64,000 bases of DNA from Yuukianura sp. NJ FZ-2021 (lineage: Eukaryota), in the NCBI GenBank assembly GCA_046563655.1, contig CM102287.1:4464001-4528000 (forward strand), given 5' to 3'. The position numbers were made by a program, and so were the translations under genes. Shown here one piece after another: positions 25,801-38,100 of the stretch (positions within the stretch are counted from its first letter, which is position 1; each line of letters starts with the position of its first letter). The notes beneath the pieces are model-generated. The model was given only the letters and a program-made list of their open reading frames with translations. It was not told the origin of the DNA and ran no database searches.

Positions 25801-28800
25801 AAATAAGAAATGCTGGCAAAATGGGTTTTGGATCAAACCTTGTTTTTGGACAATTTGCCAATTTGATTCAATTGCGATCGGCAAGTAGTGGATTTATGGT
25901 TTTTGGGGGTTCGTAGGTGGTAAGGTGGTTAGGTGGTAAAAAGGATTTTGGTTGATTGGGGAGAGGTGAGGTGGGACAGGGGAGATCATTAGTTTCCTTG
26001 TTCCTTTGGACGAATCTCCACTGGGATAGAGAGACAAGATGGATGGATCAGAAATTGAGGTCACACAGAGGTCACACTTCGGACATTGAAAAAATTCACG
26101 TGTCTGACAAATAAAAAGCTAATGCAAAACACAGAAGAGAACTCAAAGTTAAACCCTGCAAGAAGCACGACTTTAGACAAAACAAAAACTGAAAATTTAT
26201 GAATTTTTAAACCTGCTACGGCAGGTGAAAGTGTAGCAATATGAATGAAAATAAAAAAAATTTATAACAAAATTGAAAAATTAGGACAGAACGAAAATTT
26301 TTCTTTAAAAAATTCTTCAAAAAAATTAAAATTTAAAATATTTGAAAGCGCACGGCACACATTCAAAAAAATCCAAACTACGAGGGAGACATGTGAACTA
26401 GTATTGAATAGCAACAAGTAAATTACAGATCAAAAAGTTTCCAAAGCGGACTTCAGATTTGACAAAACCGAATTAAATTCGATTGTTTAAAAACTTTGAT
26501 CAGAAAAGGCAGTTATCGTTGAACAAAATTTAACAAAAATGCTGGCGAGGCATTTTGTGCACTATTAACTGTGAACAGAGCAATTTGAAAGCTTCGTGTT
26601 TTTGCCTCGAGGCGTCTCATAACCAAAGCTCTCAGTACTTAAGCACTTATCATTTGACCTCCAGCAAAGTCCCATTAATTCCACAATTAACACCTCACAA
26701 AAAGGAACACCAAATTTCAAAAACTTTCACAAAATTTCATCGTCAATTCCTCGTTTAAATCCACCAAAAAAAAATCTAGGACATCTTGCTTTAAAAAAAA
26801 ATCTCACCAGATAAAACCTTTCACAAACCTGGAACTCATCGTCAGTGTAAATATAAAAACCTACATTGTGAATTAAACACTACTCAAATTTTTTCCCGAC
26901 TTTCCTCTCATTTCTTTCCCTCAAACTTTTTGTTTTCACCCATTTTCTTTAAAATTTGGGTGTAGGCGGGTAGTTTTGACATTTCCATTTTCCTGTGATC
27001 TGTTGAGAGACAACCCCCAGTATTTTTCAGATGCTCATCCCATTGTCTGACTCCACCTGAACAGGTAGATACTGTTGCACCGTGGGCTACAAATGGACAC
27101 TCCCCTTCCACAAAAACACAATGGCTTCCACACGTTCCCACGCCAAAAGCATACTCAAGAAGATCCACTTCTTGGAACAGGGTGACTCAGCACCTCCATC
27201 CTAACTCTAAACATAACCTAACATGTCGTTAACGTTCTCACAAGATGCAGTGAATGACGCATGCAGAGGTCAACTGCGACACTTCAGAGGTGAAGAACAA
27301 TTAGGATCACAGGAACATTAGGCCGTAAGCAGTCGACCAGGAATCTGCAAGCATCAGCATTTCCAAGCATCTCCGTTCCAAGAACTACTCCTGACGCCTC
27401 TCACCCATTACTACATGTATTATTCTCTGGAAATTTATTACTATTCTATAATCTATTCTTCTACAATCTATTTCTCTATAATCTTTATGACTGTACACAA
27501 GAGTGAAACCACAGGAGAAGATGAGTGTCATTCCTAGTTAAGATTAGTCACAAATCAACCTCAAGGCTCCTCTTCTAAAGCATCTCAATTAACGATTGCC
27601 CAATCACCACCAATTATCCAACTCTTACTAAAAGTGATAACCAACCACTTAAGAACCTGAGAACACTCTTACGCAATATCTCTTCACAAACTAAAAACTA
27701 AACTACGATAAACGCAATCTCACCACACAAAATCAGTCCAAGGTACTACCCTAGGCATCCCACGGATAATTATAACTCTTAATCATCACCAACTTAAACA
27801 CTTTTTTCAATTATAATTAACACTAATTGTGTTAATTAATTAATTAATTGCTAATCTTAACAATCCAACTCAACATGACCACGGAATGTCCCATGCATTT
27901 TGACGCAACTGTCCAATTGACGGGAATGTCTACCGCCAATACGAAAACTTTTCGAACGGGGCACAGTTTCGACAAACTTTTTTTCAGAAAAAAATTAAAA
28001 TTTTCCAACACTTTCTTTTCTCCAAAGAAGAATCAACATATGAAAAATCAAAATTCAAAAGCGAGGATTGTGGAGTAAATTTAGAATTTCGGGAACTGTA
28101 TAATTTCAAAATTGAAATTTTATTTTACAAATTCTGAAATGAAAGAGAACAGAGGTAGAATTTTGGAAAAGCAGGAGTGTTCAAAGACTGTGGTTTAAAT
28201 TGGCTCAATTAACAACGTCCGAAATGCACAACTTGGAACCTCAAAATGACTAAACCACCAAAATTAGACCAAAAAACAACAAAAGCTCTCTTTGTCAAAA
28301 CTCAAATTTCAAATTTACCAAAACCCAAAAGTAAGCACAGAAAAAAAAGTGAAAAACTGTACTTTCAAGTCAATTGACACCGAAAAAATACATTTAGACA
28401 GTGTGATTCACCTTATCTTTTGTTTTTAAAACTTCTTTTTCAAAACGGACACTAAAACCGTTTCGAAACCTTCACTTTTGAAACCCTCCACTTCAAAATC
28501 CAAAATTTTGAGGAACAAAAAAAACCTTAAGGGCAGTTGGACTTTGTCATTTATGAAGAGAACTTTTAACAAATTAATCCTCTAAAGGTTCTCATGCTCT
28601 TGAGGTCAGGATCAGTTTTAAAAATTTAAAATGTGAGTCATGACTTTTCTAAAAACAAAACCTACATTTTTTAAAAGTCTTTCTCAAGAAAGAGGGGAGT
28701 AAGGTGTCCCGGTTAATGTCAAGTGAGGTAGAACGCTAAAAACAAAAGTAATCTGGAGATGAGAGACCCTCCCTGAAGATCCATTTGGAAATGAACAAAA

Positions 28801-31800
28801 AATTTCAAAGACCAAAGAGGGTGCGGCGTCTTCTTCAACATTTCGTTTTTCTATTTCTTCATTTAGCTTTTTTTTACTTCTGAAAATTTCTTGTTCTAAC
28901 ACACATGTTTTTGAAGCTGCAAGAGACGTTTGTTCATGTGAAGAGATCACCTTCTATCTACCTTCTCCTGACGTCTTCCTTCCAGAACCAGAGATGACCT
29001 CCTGACCTCTCTTCTCTCCCCTCCATTCAATCATAAACAAACTAAATTAAACAGGTCCACTGTCTCTTACTTTTTCAACAAGCACAAGGTACAATCTTGT
29101 CAAAGAAATGGGAGCAATGGACACAGAGGTCAAAGGTCAACGGACTTGGGCTAAGCGCATGCGCATGACCGCAGTTCCAGCAATGTCCACACAACCGTGA
29201 CCTGTACACTGCTACTTCAATGGTTTTTGAACACAGTGAACTAGGGGAGGAACAGATGTCAACTCCAGAAACCAGGCAAAAATACATCCTAACTGAATTC
29301 CCTCGGCTCCCAGTTCGAATCCCGCTCCCGGTCCCTGGAAACCTGGCTAGCCTAATCGCACTTACCTAACCTAACATAACATCCTAACATCAGCATCCAC
29401 AGCATCAGAAACTGTAAAGAATTTTAAAATTTCGAAAACAGAAAAATCAAGAATACGAAGATTCCCTGTTATAATAAAAAATGTTGCACAAGATTCCATC
29501 GTTTCATTTTCAAATTCAAGAAAACAAATTTGGCAAATTTCATAAATTCAATAGCAAACGAAAAAAAAATTAAAAAATTCAAAAATCTCATCAGTTTCCA
29601 CTTTGCAAGTTGTATATTGATGTTGAAAAGTTCAACTTTACAATTTTCAAGTTTTCAAAGTTCAAATTTTAATGTTTTTATTTTGATTTGATTTTTAATT
29701 TTACTTTAAAAGTCGTTTTAGTTTAGGGTTACTTGAATTGCTGAAAAAATTTTGGGTTTCACTAAAAACTTTAAAGATTTTCTCATGTTATTATTAGGCT
29801 CAGAAAAAAAATTGTGCGTATTCAGTTTTGGAAAAATAGCAAAAGTGTTTTTCTTTTTTGCAACTTTAGCAACTTTGGAGCGAAAACCAGCTAAAAAACT
29901 TAAGTTGTTGGCAAAGTTGTAACTGTAACTGGGTTGAAAGTGATTTCAGGTACTTGGAATTCAAAATTACGTCTCAGATCAGTTGGAAATGGAAACTCTA
30001 TGCTGAGGAATTGGGGAGAGCAGGGAGATTAGTTTAGTGAAGGATGTTGGAAATGGCAGATGGATCCAAGCTTTACTTTACTATTTTTGACGAGTCTCTT
30101 CTACCAAAGATTTGATGACTCCGGAAGTCCTATCACCTCATCCTCTCCATTTTTTCCTAACTTTAAAACATAACCTAAAAACATAACTTTAGCCTAACTT
30201 TTCCAGCCTTTGTAAGTTCTACGTGCCTGATCCTTCCTCAACCTACTGTTTTCCAAGTGTAATTAAAAGTAGAACAGGAGACACAAAGCAAGGACCCTTT
30301 GCCTAAATAAATAAATCATCTCCTCCATTCCACATCCCTTGCATCTACCATCCCTTCTCAGAATCATAACATCTTCACAAAGACTAAAAAACTAACAAAA
30401 AACTAAAAACCGAAAAAAAGGTAACAAAAAACTAACATCGTGAACTAAAAAACTGAAAAACGGCCTCCCCCATGTGGAAAACAACAGCTTCACACAATTG
30501 CCTAACAAATTTCGAAAATCAGACCTCACAAAAATATTTCTCTCTCCACAAATCATACAGAAAATTCTACGTTAAAGATTTCACACATCTCTGATTTTTG
30601 ATTACACATTTGATTTTTACAATTTTGATTTTACATTTTGTAGAACTTTTTTGTAGCTTTTTGTACTGTTCAAGCAGCTGGATTTTGAAACAAGGGAAGA
30701 AGGCAGGCTAATTGTGACTCTCCACCTTAACGAAGAAGCAGAAGATGAAGATGAAGACGCTACGTGCTAAAAGGAAAAAGTAGAAAGAGGATCAGCATCT
30801 TCTCAGCCTCCATCTTCGTTTTTCCTCAACCAGTCTAATTCCCGTGTGCAATGTTAATGGTCTCCCAGAAAACATCTTCCACCACCAAAGAAGAAGACTA
30901 AAACCAAAAAACTAACCTAACCATATGTGTTTCTACCTTTCATCTTACCAGCCTCCCTCAACTTTCAATTTACACTTTCCACTTTTCCGGTTCTACCGAA
31001 GAAAAAAAAACAACTCCGGTGTCTTTTCTTCCCGGGCATAACCATGAAATTACTCAGATCTCAAATTTAAGTTAACTTGAGTTACATCAAAATCTAACAT
31101 ATATAGTTAGAGATTTGACGATTTGAGTAGTGTCGACATGGATTGTCTTAAACTTCATTCGACCTTCAAGAATCTAAAATACAGTGAAAAGGAACTGGAA
31201 TAAAAATAAAATTTTTGTGCTTGGATTTGAAATTAGACAAAACAAGATGCAAGTACGGTTACATTTTGATAATTCGTCAAAAACTTTGAAATTATAAATT
31301 TCGAAATTAAAAAAAAACGAGGTATTTATGTTGGGTAAATTTTGTACCGGATAAGTTTTACAACTTTTTTAAGTAGATCAGAATTAAGAAATCCAAAACT
31401 GAAATTTTTCAGTCACTTTATAAGAGTATCAAAGTTTCAAATTGCAATTTCATGAAGAAATACTTCATGAAATTGATGTTTCCATTGTCTATGAAATTAT
31501 TAATTAGTCAAGGTGAGACAATCGCTTAGGTGTGAGAACACACCTTGCGAAACAATTAACTTTTAAATAACTAACAATTAAAGCCTTTTCCTTTGTGTTT
31601 AAGCACTTCGCACCTCCGGTTTAATTACACTTCACACCTTTTTAAAATTTCTTTACTATTTAACAACACTTACACCCACAAAATGTGGGTTGAAAAAGTT
31701 ATTGAAAATTCTGAGATTATAGTAGAAACACTTCTGTGAGATGATGTCCGGTGGGAAGGGTACCAAGAACGGAGGCTGCATTCCCACGTTGGGTGGCGAT

Positions 31801-32280
31801 GCTGAGGCGTTGGAATAAATAAGAGGTTGATTTCTTTTCGCCTGTGATTTTCATGATCCTTGAACCGATTTCGCGAATTCACACCTTGTTTTTCATATTT
31901 ACCAAAGCATCTCCCTCCACTTGTTTTCCCATTGACGCAACAGTTTTATTTTGGAACGTAAAGTTCTGGAAAAATTAGTTCTGAGAAAAGCAGCGATTCT
32001 AAAGCAGCCACCCCAATTTCCTCCGTCTTTCCTTCTATTTTGACACCTTCTGCGGTTTTCCACTGGACGTTGACGCTTTTGGTCAGCACTGAGCAGAAAA
32101 CACAGGATTAATGCCCTTTTGGAACCAAAAAGTCAAGCAAATGTGACCAAGGTAGAGCACAACAAATTAATCACAGCCTACTAATTAGTCCGAAATTTAC
32201 CACATATGCAAAAAATACTCAAAACTAAAACAGAAACACGATGTGTCAGGGCCAGAAGGTGTCAAGTCCTCATTACTCAA

Positions 32281-32563
32281 CTTTTCGCTGGACCGAAACT
32301 GAAATCTAATTTTCGCCGGGCCTAATAAAGCAAAATTTCTATTTTGCTGGGCTAATAAAGCAAAATTTCCATTTTGCCGGGCCTAATAAAGTAAAATTTC
32401 CTTTTTGCTGGCCCTAGCTGACGTAAAATTTCCCTTTTGCTGGGCCTAAAGTAAAATTTCCTTTTTGCTGGACATATATGAAGCAAAATTTCCTTTTGCT
32501 GGCCCTACCTGAAGCAAAATTTCATTTTTGCCGGGCCTAATGTAAATTTTAGATTTTGCTGGA
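32281..32563. repeat. Minisatellite, about 30-bp unit AAAATTTCCTTTTTGCTGGGCCTAATAAAGC, 9-10 diverged copies
   Basis: Tandem units visible directly, each with an aaaattt...ttttgc(c/t)gg core. Confidence 0.85.
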
Positions 32564-33480
32564 ATATAGCATGTGCCAAGGTGTGTCAATTCCATCTGAC
32601 TTGACTTGGCCACTTGATGTGACTTTTTGGACAAGTGGGGGCGGTGCTTTGGAAGATTTCGACGGCCATCTTGGTTGCCTAATCTGTTTCGCCTGGTCTA
32701 CCCAAACCCATTCATTACCTACGCTACGTCAAAGACGTCTTTTTCAATTTTACCAAAACTTCTCACCGATGAAAGAAGCCGTTTCTGAAGCTAACCTAAG
32801 GAAGAAGAAGGAGGGGAAGGATTTTGAGGAGGAAGGAGGTCGCTCGGGATCACTGAAAATGAGTTCTAAGGGATCCAGAAATCCAAAATCCAAAGTACAA
32901 GGCCCGGCAAGAAGCTAAATTCTCAAAATCTTAAGGTTTACGGCCTAACCAGTTGCCATGTTGAAGGTACAAGGTGATTTTTGTTCAAAAACAGGCATTC
33001 AACCAACCTACGTTAGTCAGTTTCAGTAAACTTAACAACCTAAGCTTAGGATAACCTAGCAGGTTAAGTTTTGGAGTCCTTTGGGGTATTGTTTTCGGAA
33101 AAGAGGGAAGATGAAGTCACCGGGACTGAGGGATGACACATGCTGAAGAAGAAGACTGAAGATCTCCTGTTTTCTTTGTCTTTTCCCTTAATGAATAGAA
33201 GCCATTGTTTTTTCACTCTCTGGAAAAACGGGCAGTAAATGCCCTAAAACTGTCACCTTCCAATAAACAACGGCGTACAACAACGCATTTCAGTTCGACA
33301 GTCCAAACTTAATTACCGTTAAGCCTCCATTGCTATGGCCAAAAGTAGAACCAGGAAAAAATCCACACTTCCCATGGCCAACCTGTGCAATGCCCTGGAC
33401 GTGTCACGGCGCACCGTGAATCAAAAGATTGCAAGTGGAGTGAAAGCAAAGCAAGAAAAAAGAAAACGTTTTATGCTTAC

Positions 33481-33595
33481 CTTTGGAAGTCTTGGCTTGT
33501 TTACGTGGTTTGGCCTGTTTACGACGACACCGTGCTGAAGCCGAGGAAGACGCAACGCTCGGTTGCATTTGTGCTGGATGAAGACTGGCCATCAT
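33481..33595 (-). CDS. Probable first coding exon of a large minus-strand gene. Its N-terminus has an RRKQxxP (NuRD/RBBP4-binding-type) motif; candidate ZEB/zfh1-like zinc-finger factor, with the rest lying beyond position 1
   Basis: The first ATG after an in-frame stop gives MMASLHPAQMQPSVASSSASARCRRKQAKPRKQAKTSK and ends at a strong phase-1 donor AAG|GTAAGC. RCRRKQAKPRK resembles the ZEB N-terminal RCKRRKQANPRR. No downstream coding exon was recognised in 1-33480. Confidence 0.6.
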
Positions 33596-34650
33596 CTTGG
33601 AAGTTTTGAGTTTTGAAATTTCGCGTTTTGAAGTTGAAGCTTGTCGTTTTGATTTTGAAGTTTGGCGTGTTGATTTGGACGAGGGAATAACAGTCGTTGT
33701 TGTTGATGCAGTAGTGGATGAAGTAAGGTGGACAGGCCGAGGTATCACTGGGGTCAACGTAATAAGTCCTGCTGACAACGAGGCAGTCAATGTCAAGGGT
33801 CATGAAGGTGCGGGGGATCGTTTCCGTGGTGGGGAGACTAGGGAGAGGATTAAAAATATACGGGAGGAGCGGGTAGCGGAGTACATCTACGCTGGTCGGA
33901 GTCGAAAGGAGAACTGTTGTTGGGAAACAGCTCTACGTTCAGCTCACCTTTCCCTCCTCGTTGCCTCTTCAGCCTCTTCGTCGCTTAAAAGCGCCCAAGT
34001 GAGAATAAGCTCACCTCAATGAACAGCGAACGGTTAACGATGAGCATGAACGTAGTAAGCAGGGGCATTCACAAACAGATTCGTATTCGGATTCTGATTC
34101 CGGGACACATCTCTCTAGCGTGCTGTCTGAGTCTTTGGTGGGTGTCGCAGTAGATGCTTGATGCTGATCTCGAATACTCTTCCGTACGAAACTGGAAACA
34201 GAAAATCACGAATCAATAAGTTTACTACCACCACACATACGATATTCATTGTATACAGCATTACAAGAATAAGATAATTATTAACATAATTTGTAACAAT
34301 TAATTGATAAAGCTGATGATAAACTGCAAACCAATACCAATGACCAACCTTCCTTCCAGCATCCAGTTCCACTCCATGTCGAAGTGCTGATGCTGTTGTT
34401 ATGATTGACGTACCCCTCCCCATTGCGATGAATCCAAAATGGACGGAGGGATGAAGAAAATCCGGAACTTGAATCGAATCGGTAGACTCTACGTTGTAAA
34501 CAGTTGCTCCCAACTTCTGTCACACCCTACATCAATGATACAGTGTCACTATTTGATGAATTGTTAATTAGTTGTTACCAATTAATCAATTACTTTACCT
34601 TGAAGTAACGACAATTGTGGAGGGGGTGAGAAAAAAGCCGGGAGACAAAG
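33596..34650 (-). other. Spliced 5' leader of the minus-strand gene (at least 3 introns)
   Basis: Minus-strand splice sites: donor AG|GTAAAG after 34599; exon 34526-34349 (TAG acceptor, AG|GTTGGT donor); exon from 34191 (TTTCCAG acceptor) to alternative AG|GTGAGC donors after 34015 or 33948; acceptor CCCTAG before 33837. Intron sizes are 72-177 nt. Confidence 0.5.
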
Positions 34651-35150
34651 AATTTTGAAGATGGAGGGAGGGAGGGAGAAAAAAAGAGAAAAAACGTAAA
34701 CAAATCGAGACGCCAAATTTGAATTTGGCGGGAAGTGATTTGATGGCGCCTTTTCGCGTTACTCTCTTATCTACATGAACTACTTTAATATAAAAACAAT
34801 AACTCAATTAATCAATCTTACAAGTTGACTAGTTAAAATTTTAATTACCAAATCCAAATTTTGCAAAATTTTGATGTTTTTTTTTTGTATTTTACCGTAA
34901 AATACTGCTAAGAACACTATAAGGTGCTGTTGCTTTTAGCAGCAAGAAGAGATTTCCTGCCATCTTTCGGCGTGGAATCTCAGTACTAACATGAAAATGC
35001 CAAAACAAAATCAGCTGAGGATGACTGTAATTCAGGAATAAATTAATCGAGTTGTTGACACTTGCATTTTAACTCTTATTGATTTAATTAAACTCAAAAT
35101 TAATTAGTTTACTACAACGTAAACAGTTAACTGAAACTAATAAATCGACA
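34650..35150. promoter_or_regulatory. Probable bidirectional promoter between the minus-strand gene and EPG5
   Basis: Head-to-head genes about 0.5 kb apart. E2F-type TTTGGCGGGAA (34724-34734) and YY1-type ATGGCG/GCCATCTT motifs (about 34743 and 34959). Confidence 0.45.
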
Positions 35151-35154
35151 TGCA

Positions 35155-38100
35155 ATGGAGAAGCACAAGAAAAAGTCAAGGAAAACTTCAAAACATAAAC
35201 AGGTTCCTCCAGTATCCCAGATTTCTATTAATTAACAATGACAGTTTCAATTAAAGTTAACTTAAATTAATTCAACTGATTTGTCCTGAAGTGACATGAC
35301 GTTGATGATACGTTTTTTGAATTCCAGGAATCAACTACAGAAATAAATGACCCTGTAATCGGAGATATTCCAGAACCATTGACAATTCATGATTTTGAGA
35401 ACGTAGACGTGGAAGACACTTTGAACAGCATCGACGTATCAACGCAACATGAAACTACTGAAACCGATGTACCTTCGCTTAGTCAAGATTTTGAACATGT
35501 TGACATTGTCCCTCCGTCGACGAGCAACGGCGACGAATTCGACGTTTTTGACCCCATGTACTTACGAATTAGAGATTTTGAGGAGCCAGAAATCGATGTC
35601 ACTCCGAACAACATACCAGAGTCAACTGAACATAAACCCGCTGATGAATATGTGAGTTGTCAAGATTCTAAAAGTATCGCAAGCCCTCCAGCCACGAATG
35701 TCGAAGCATCAACTCCAGATGAATCCGAAGTTACCGAAGTTGAGCCGTTATCACTAACAATTCAAGATTTTGAGAACCTGGAGATCCAGGATGTTTCTAC
35801 TGGCACTGCCGAAGTCTCAGTTCCAGAAAACCTTTACCCCACAATTTCATCACAGTCAATCCCAGCATCGTCGGAAACGTTTTTGCTACGATCTGAAGAA
35901 GCATCAGCATCTCCTTCACGATCTGCGTCACAATCAGGTGAAGTTACGCTATCTACAAGGGAAGATGAACAGCGTTCCGTGACATCCGTACCGTCAATTG
36001 ACGAAGAAGAGCCCTCCAGTGTCATAGTTCAGGATGCTGACATAGAGGATGTTGATGACTGCGAAGAGGCGCTGTCGGAGTTGGCCACTGCTCCAGTCAA
36101 TTTCGAATCCGGAGATTTCTACAGTCTTCAACAATCTCCCGAGAAGCTCGTTAACGTTTTGGATTTAGTCGAAGAGGAAACTGATGTTTTCAAACCCGAC
36201 GAAAAACCTTGTCTCCGCTCTCAAATTACTCACTTGTACAACAATTACTTGCTGGAGAACAACAGTGTCTGCGTGAATCAGTTTCTGGATAGTCTGCAAC
36301 CGGCTTGTGAAGGATTCGAATTATTTGAACTCCTGTCCAACTACCTCCGAGCATGCAACCATCTCCATGGCTGTGAAAAGTCGCTGTCTGCTCTGAAAGA
36401 GAATTGTGACGAATTTGAAAAAGGCGTTTGGTCACATCGGGTCAAAACGTTAAGTCAAAACACAACTTGTGACGACGGAGTGACACTCACGGCGACGTAT
36501 AAAGTTCATACAGCAGAATTCAGTTCGTCAACGTTTAGTCAACTAACTAGAAGTCTCAAGGATATCAAGGAATTAGTCAAAGATTCCATTTCTCTCTACA
36601 CCTATTCTGTTCAACTCAGCAAGACACAAATTGAGCACTTCCTGTTCAAGTCTTTCGGGAATTTCAATCTAGAAAGCTTCCAAATTCAAAATTATACTCC
36701 AGGATATCCAACTGCCGATGTACGTGGATTTGCCGGGTTACTCAAAAGAACAATCACTGTGTTTTTCCATTTTCTAAGGAAACCGTTACTGCAAAGCTCC
36801 TTTGTCCAGGATGTCCAGCATTGGGTAAGCCAATGTGCTGGTCTCCTGCTAAGAATTGCTACGATTGAAGATCACATTTTCCTGCTCAATCATGTCATCC
36901 GACTTCCACCGAAGCTTGTTACTAAGTTCGCGTCGTCATTGGTTCAAGTACCGCCGATTCCAATTCCAACGAATCCTTCCGAGTACTCGGCCTCTTTCGC
37001 TCATCTTCATGTGGACTACGCCCTAACGTTCCTGAGGTGACACGCACAATTTTAAAAAAGAAATTCAAAATCAAAAATCAAATTCTGAAAAAATCGAATT
37101 CTGTCCCTAAATAACTATAAAATGTAATTTGAATTTTGAATTTTTTGAATTTTAGTACTATCCTGAGTCCAGTACCTAAGCGGACGCAACTTCTGCACCA
37201 GTATCAAATCGCTTCTAAGTCGGCTGGTGGCAGCAGCAGCAGTGGAGTACTTTCGCCAGATTCGTCACTTCAGTGGGTCATGGTTGACTCGGACGGAGAA
37301 GACGATGGTGACGAAGGACCGTTTTTTAAAGAATCAGACTTAATTGCCTTACTACAACAGGTTTCTGAAAACTAAAAAACGAATATTTTTGGAACGTTTC
37401 TTAAACGTTTCTTTGAATCTTGCAGGTACCATTTGACAAGATTTTTCGACGAATTATGCTGATTTATACCGATGGAGATCCGGGGGAAGATGTTTTGGAT
37501 TTGACCATTCGATCAGAACATTCTGTACTCAAACTTATTGCGTTTGGATCTCAGCTGATTGCTATCTTGGGCAACGGTCTCGTCACTTACTACACAGACA
37601 GGTAGCATCACTTGACCATTTGAACGAAGCATATCGCTGAGTCAGCGTCGCTGATTGGTTCTTAACCTTTAACCTTTGTTGATTCCTAAGGTATCGTCAA
37701 TTGATGAAACTAATTGGACGACTGATTCTACACATGATCCAGTACGTGAGTGATCAGCTGGAACTTTTTGTGGAAGCCGGCGGTCGAAGTTACACTGGAA
37801 CACAAACTCCAGTTTTCAGAGAATATGACATCTTTATGTACAACGCCGTGAATGTGCTGCTGACTGGGAAGAATGTTGGCATGAGCCAGTTTTTGGCAGC
37901 AGTTCCTTATCATCTTCTGTCAACTCAAATGTTATGGTCAGTCTACGCTCTGGTTACGAAATGGGATTGTGTTGGTGAAGACATTTCAGGTGAATTTGAA
38001 CATGAAGTGGTAGCAATGACAGAGTCAAATGCCTTCTACACGCTTACTGCCATGTCCAACATGGCGCTTGCTAGACAGGGGAAAGAGAATCAATTTGTCA

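Noticed and set aside
1099..27060. CAGGTG/CACCTG E-boxes as ZEB autoregulatory sites
   Set aside because: About 20 seen in 33 kb, not clearly above chance for a 6-mer without a computed background.
25..33300. Dozens of 60-200 aa ORFs in the left half
   Set aside because: K/F/N/S-biased translations of A/T tracts, many with non-ATG starts. No recognisable domains and no consistent splice phases; they look like chance ORFs in intronic DNA.
33597..34022. Plus-strand 141-aa ORF
   Set aside because: Non-ATG start, antisense to the spliced minus-strand leader, no recognisable domain.
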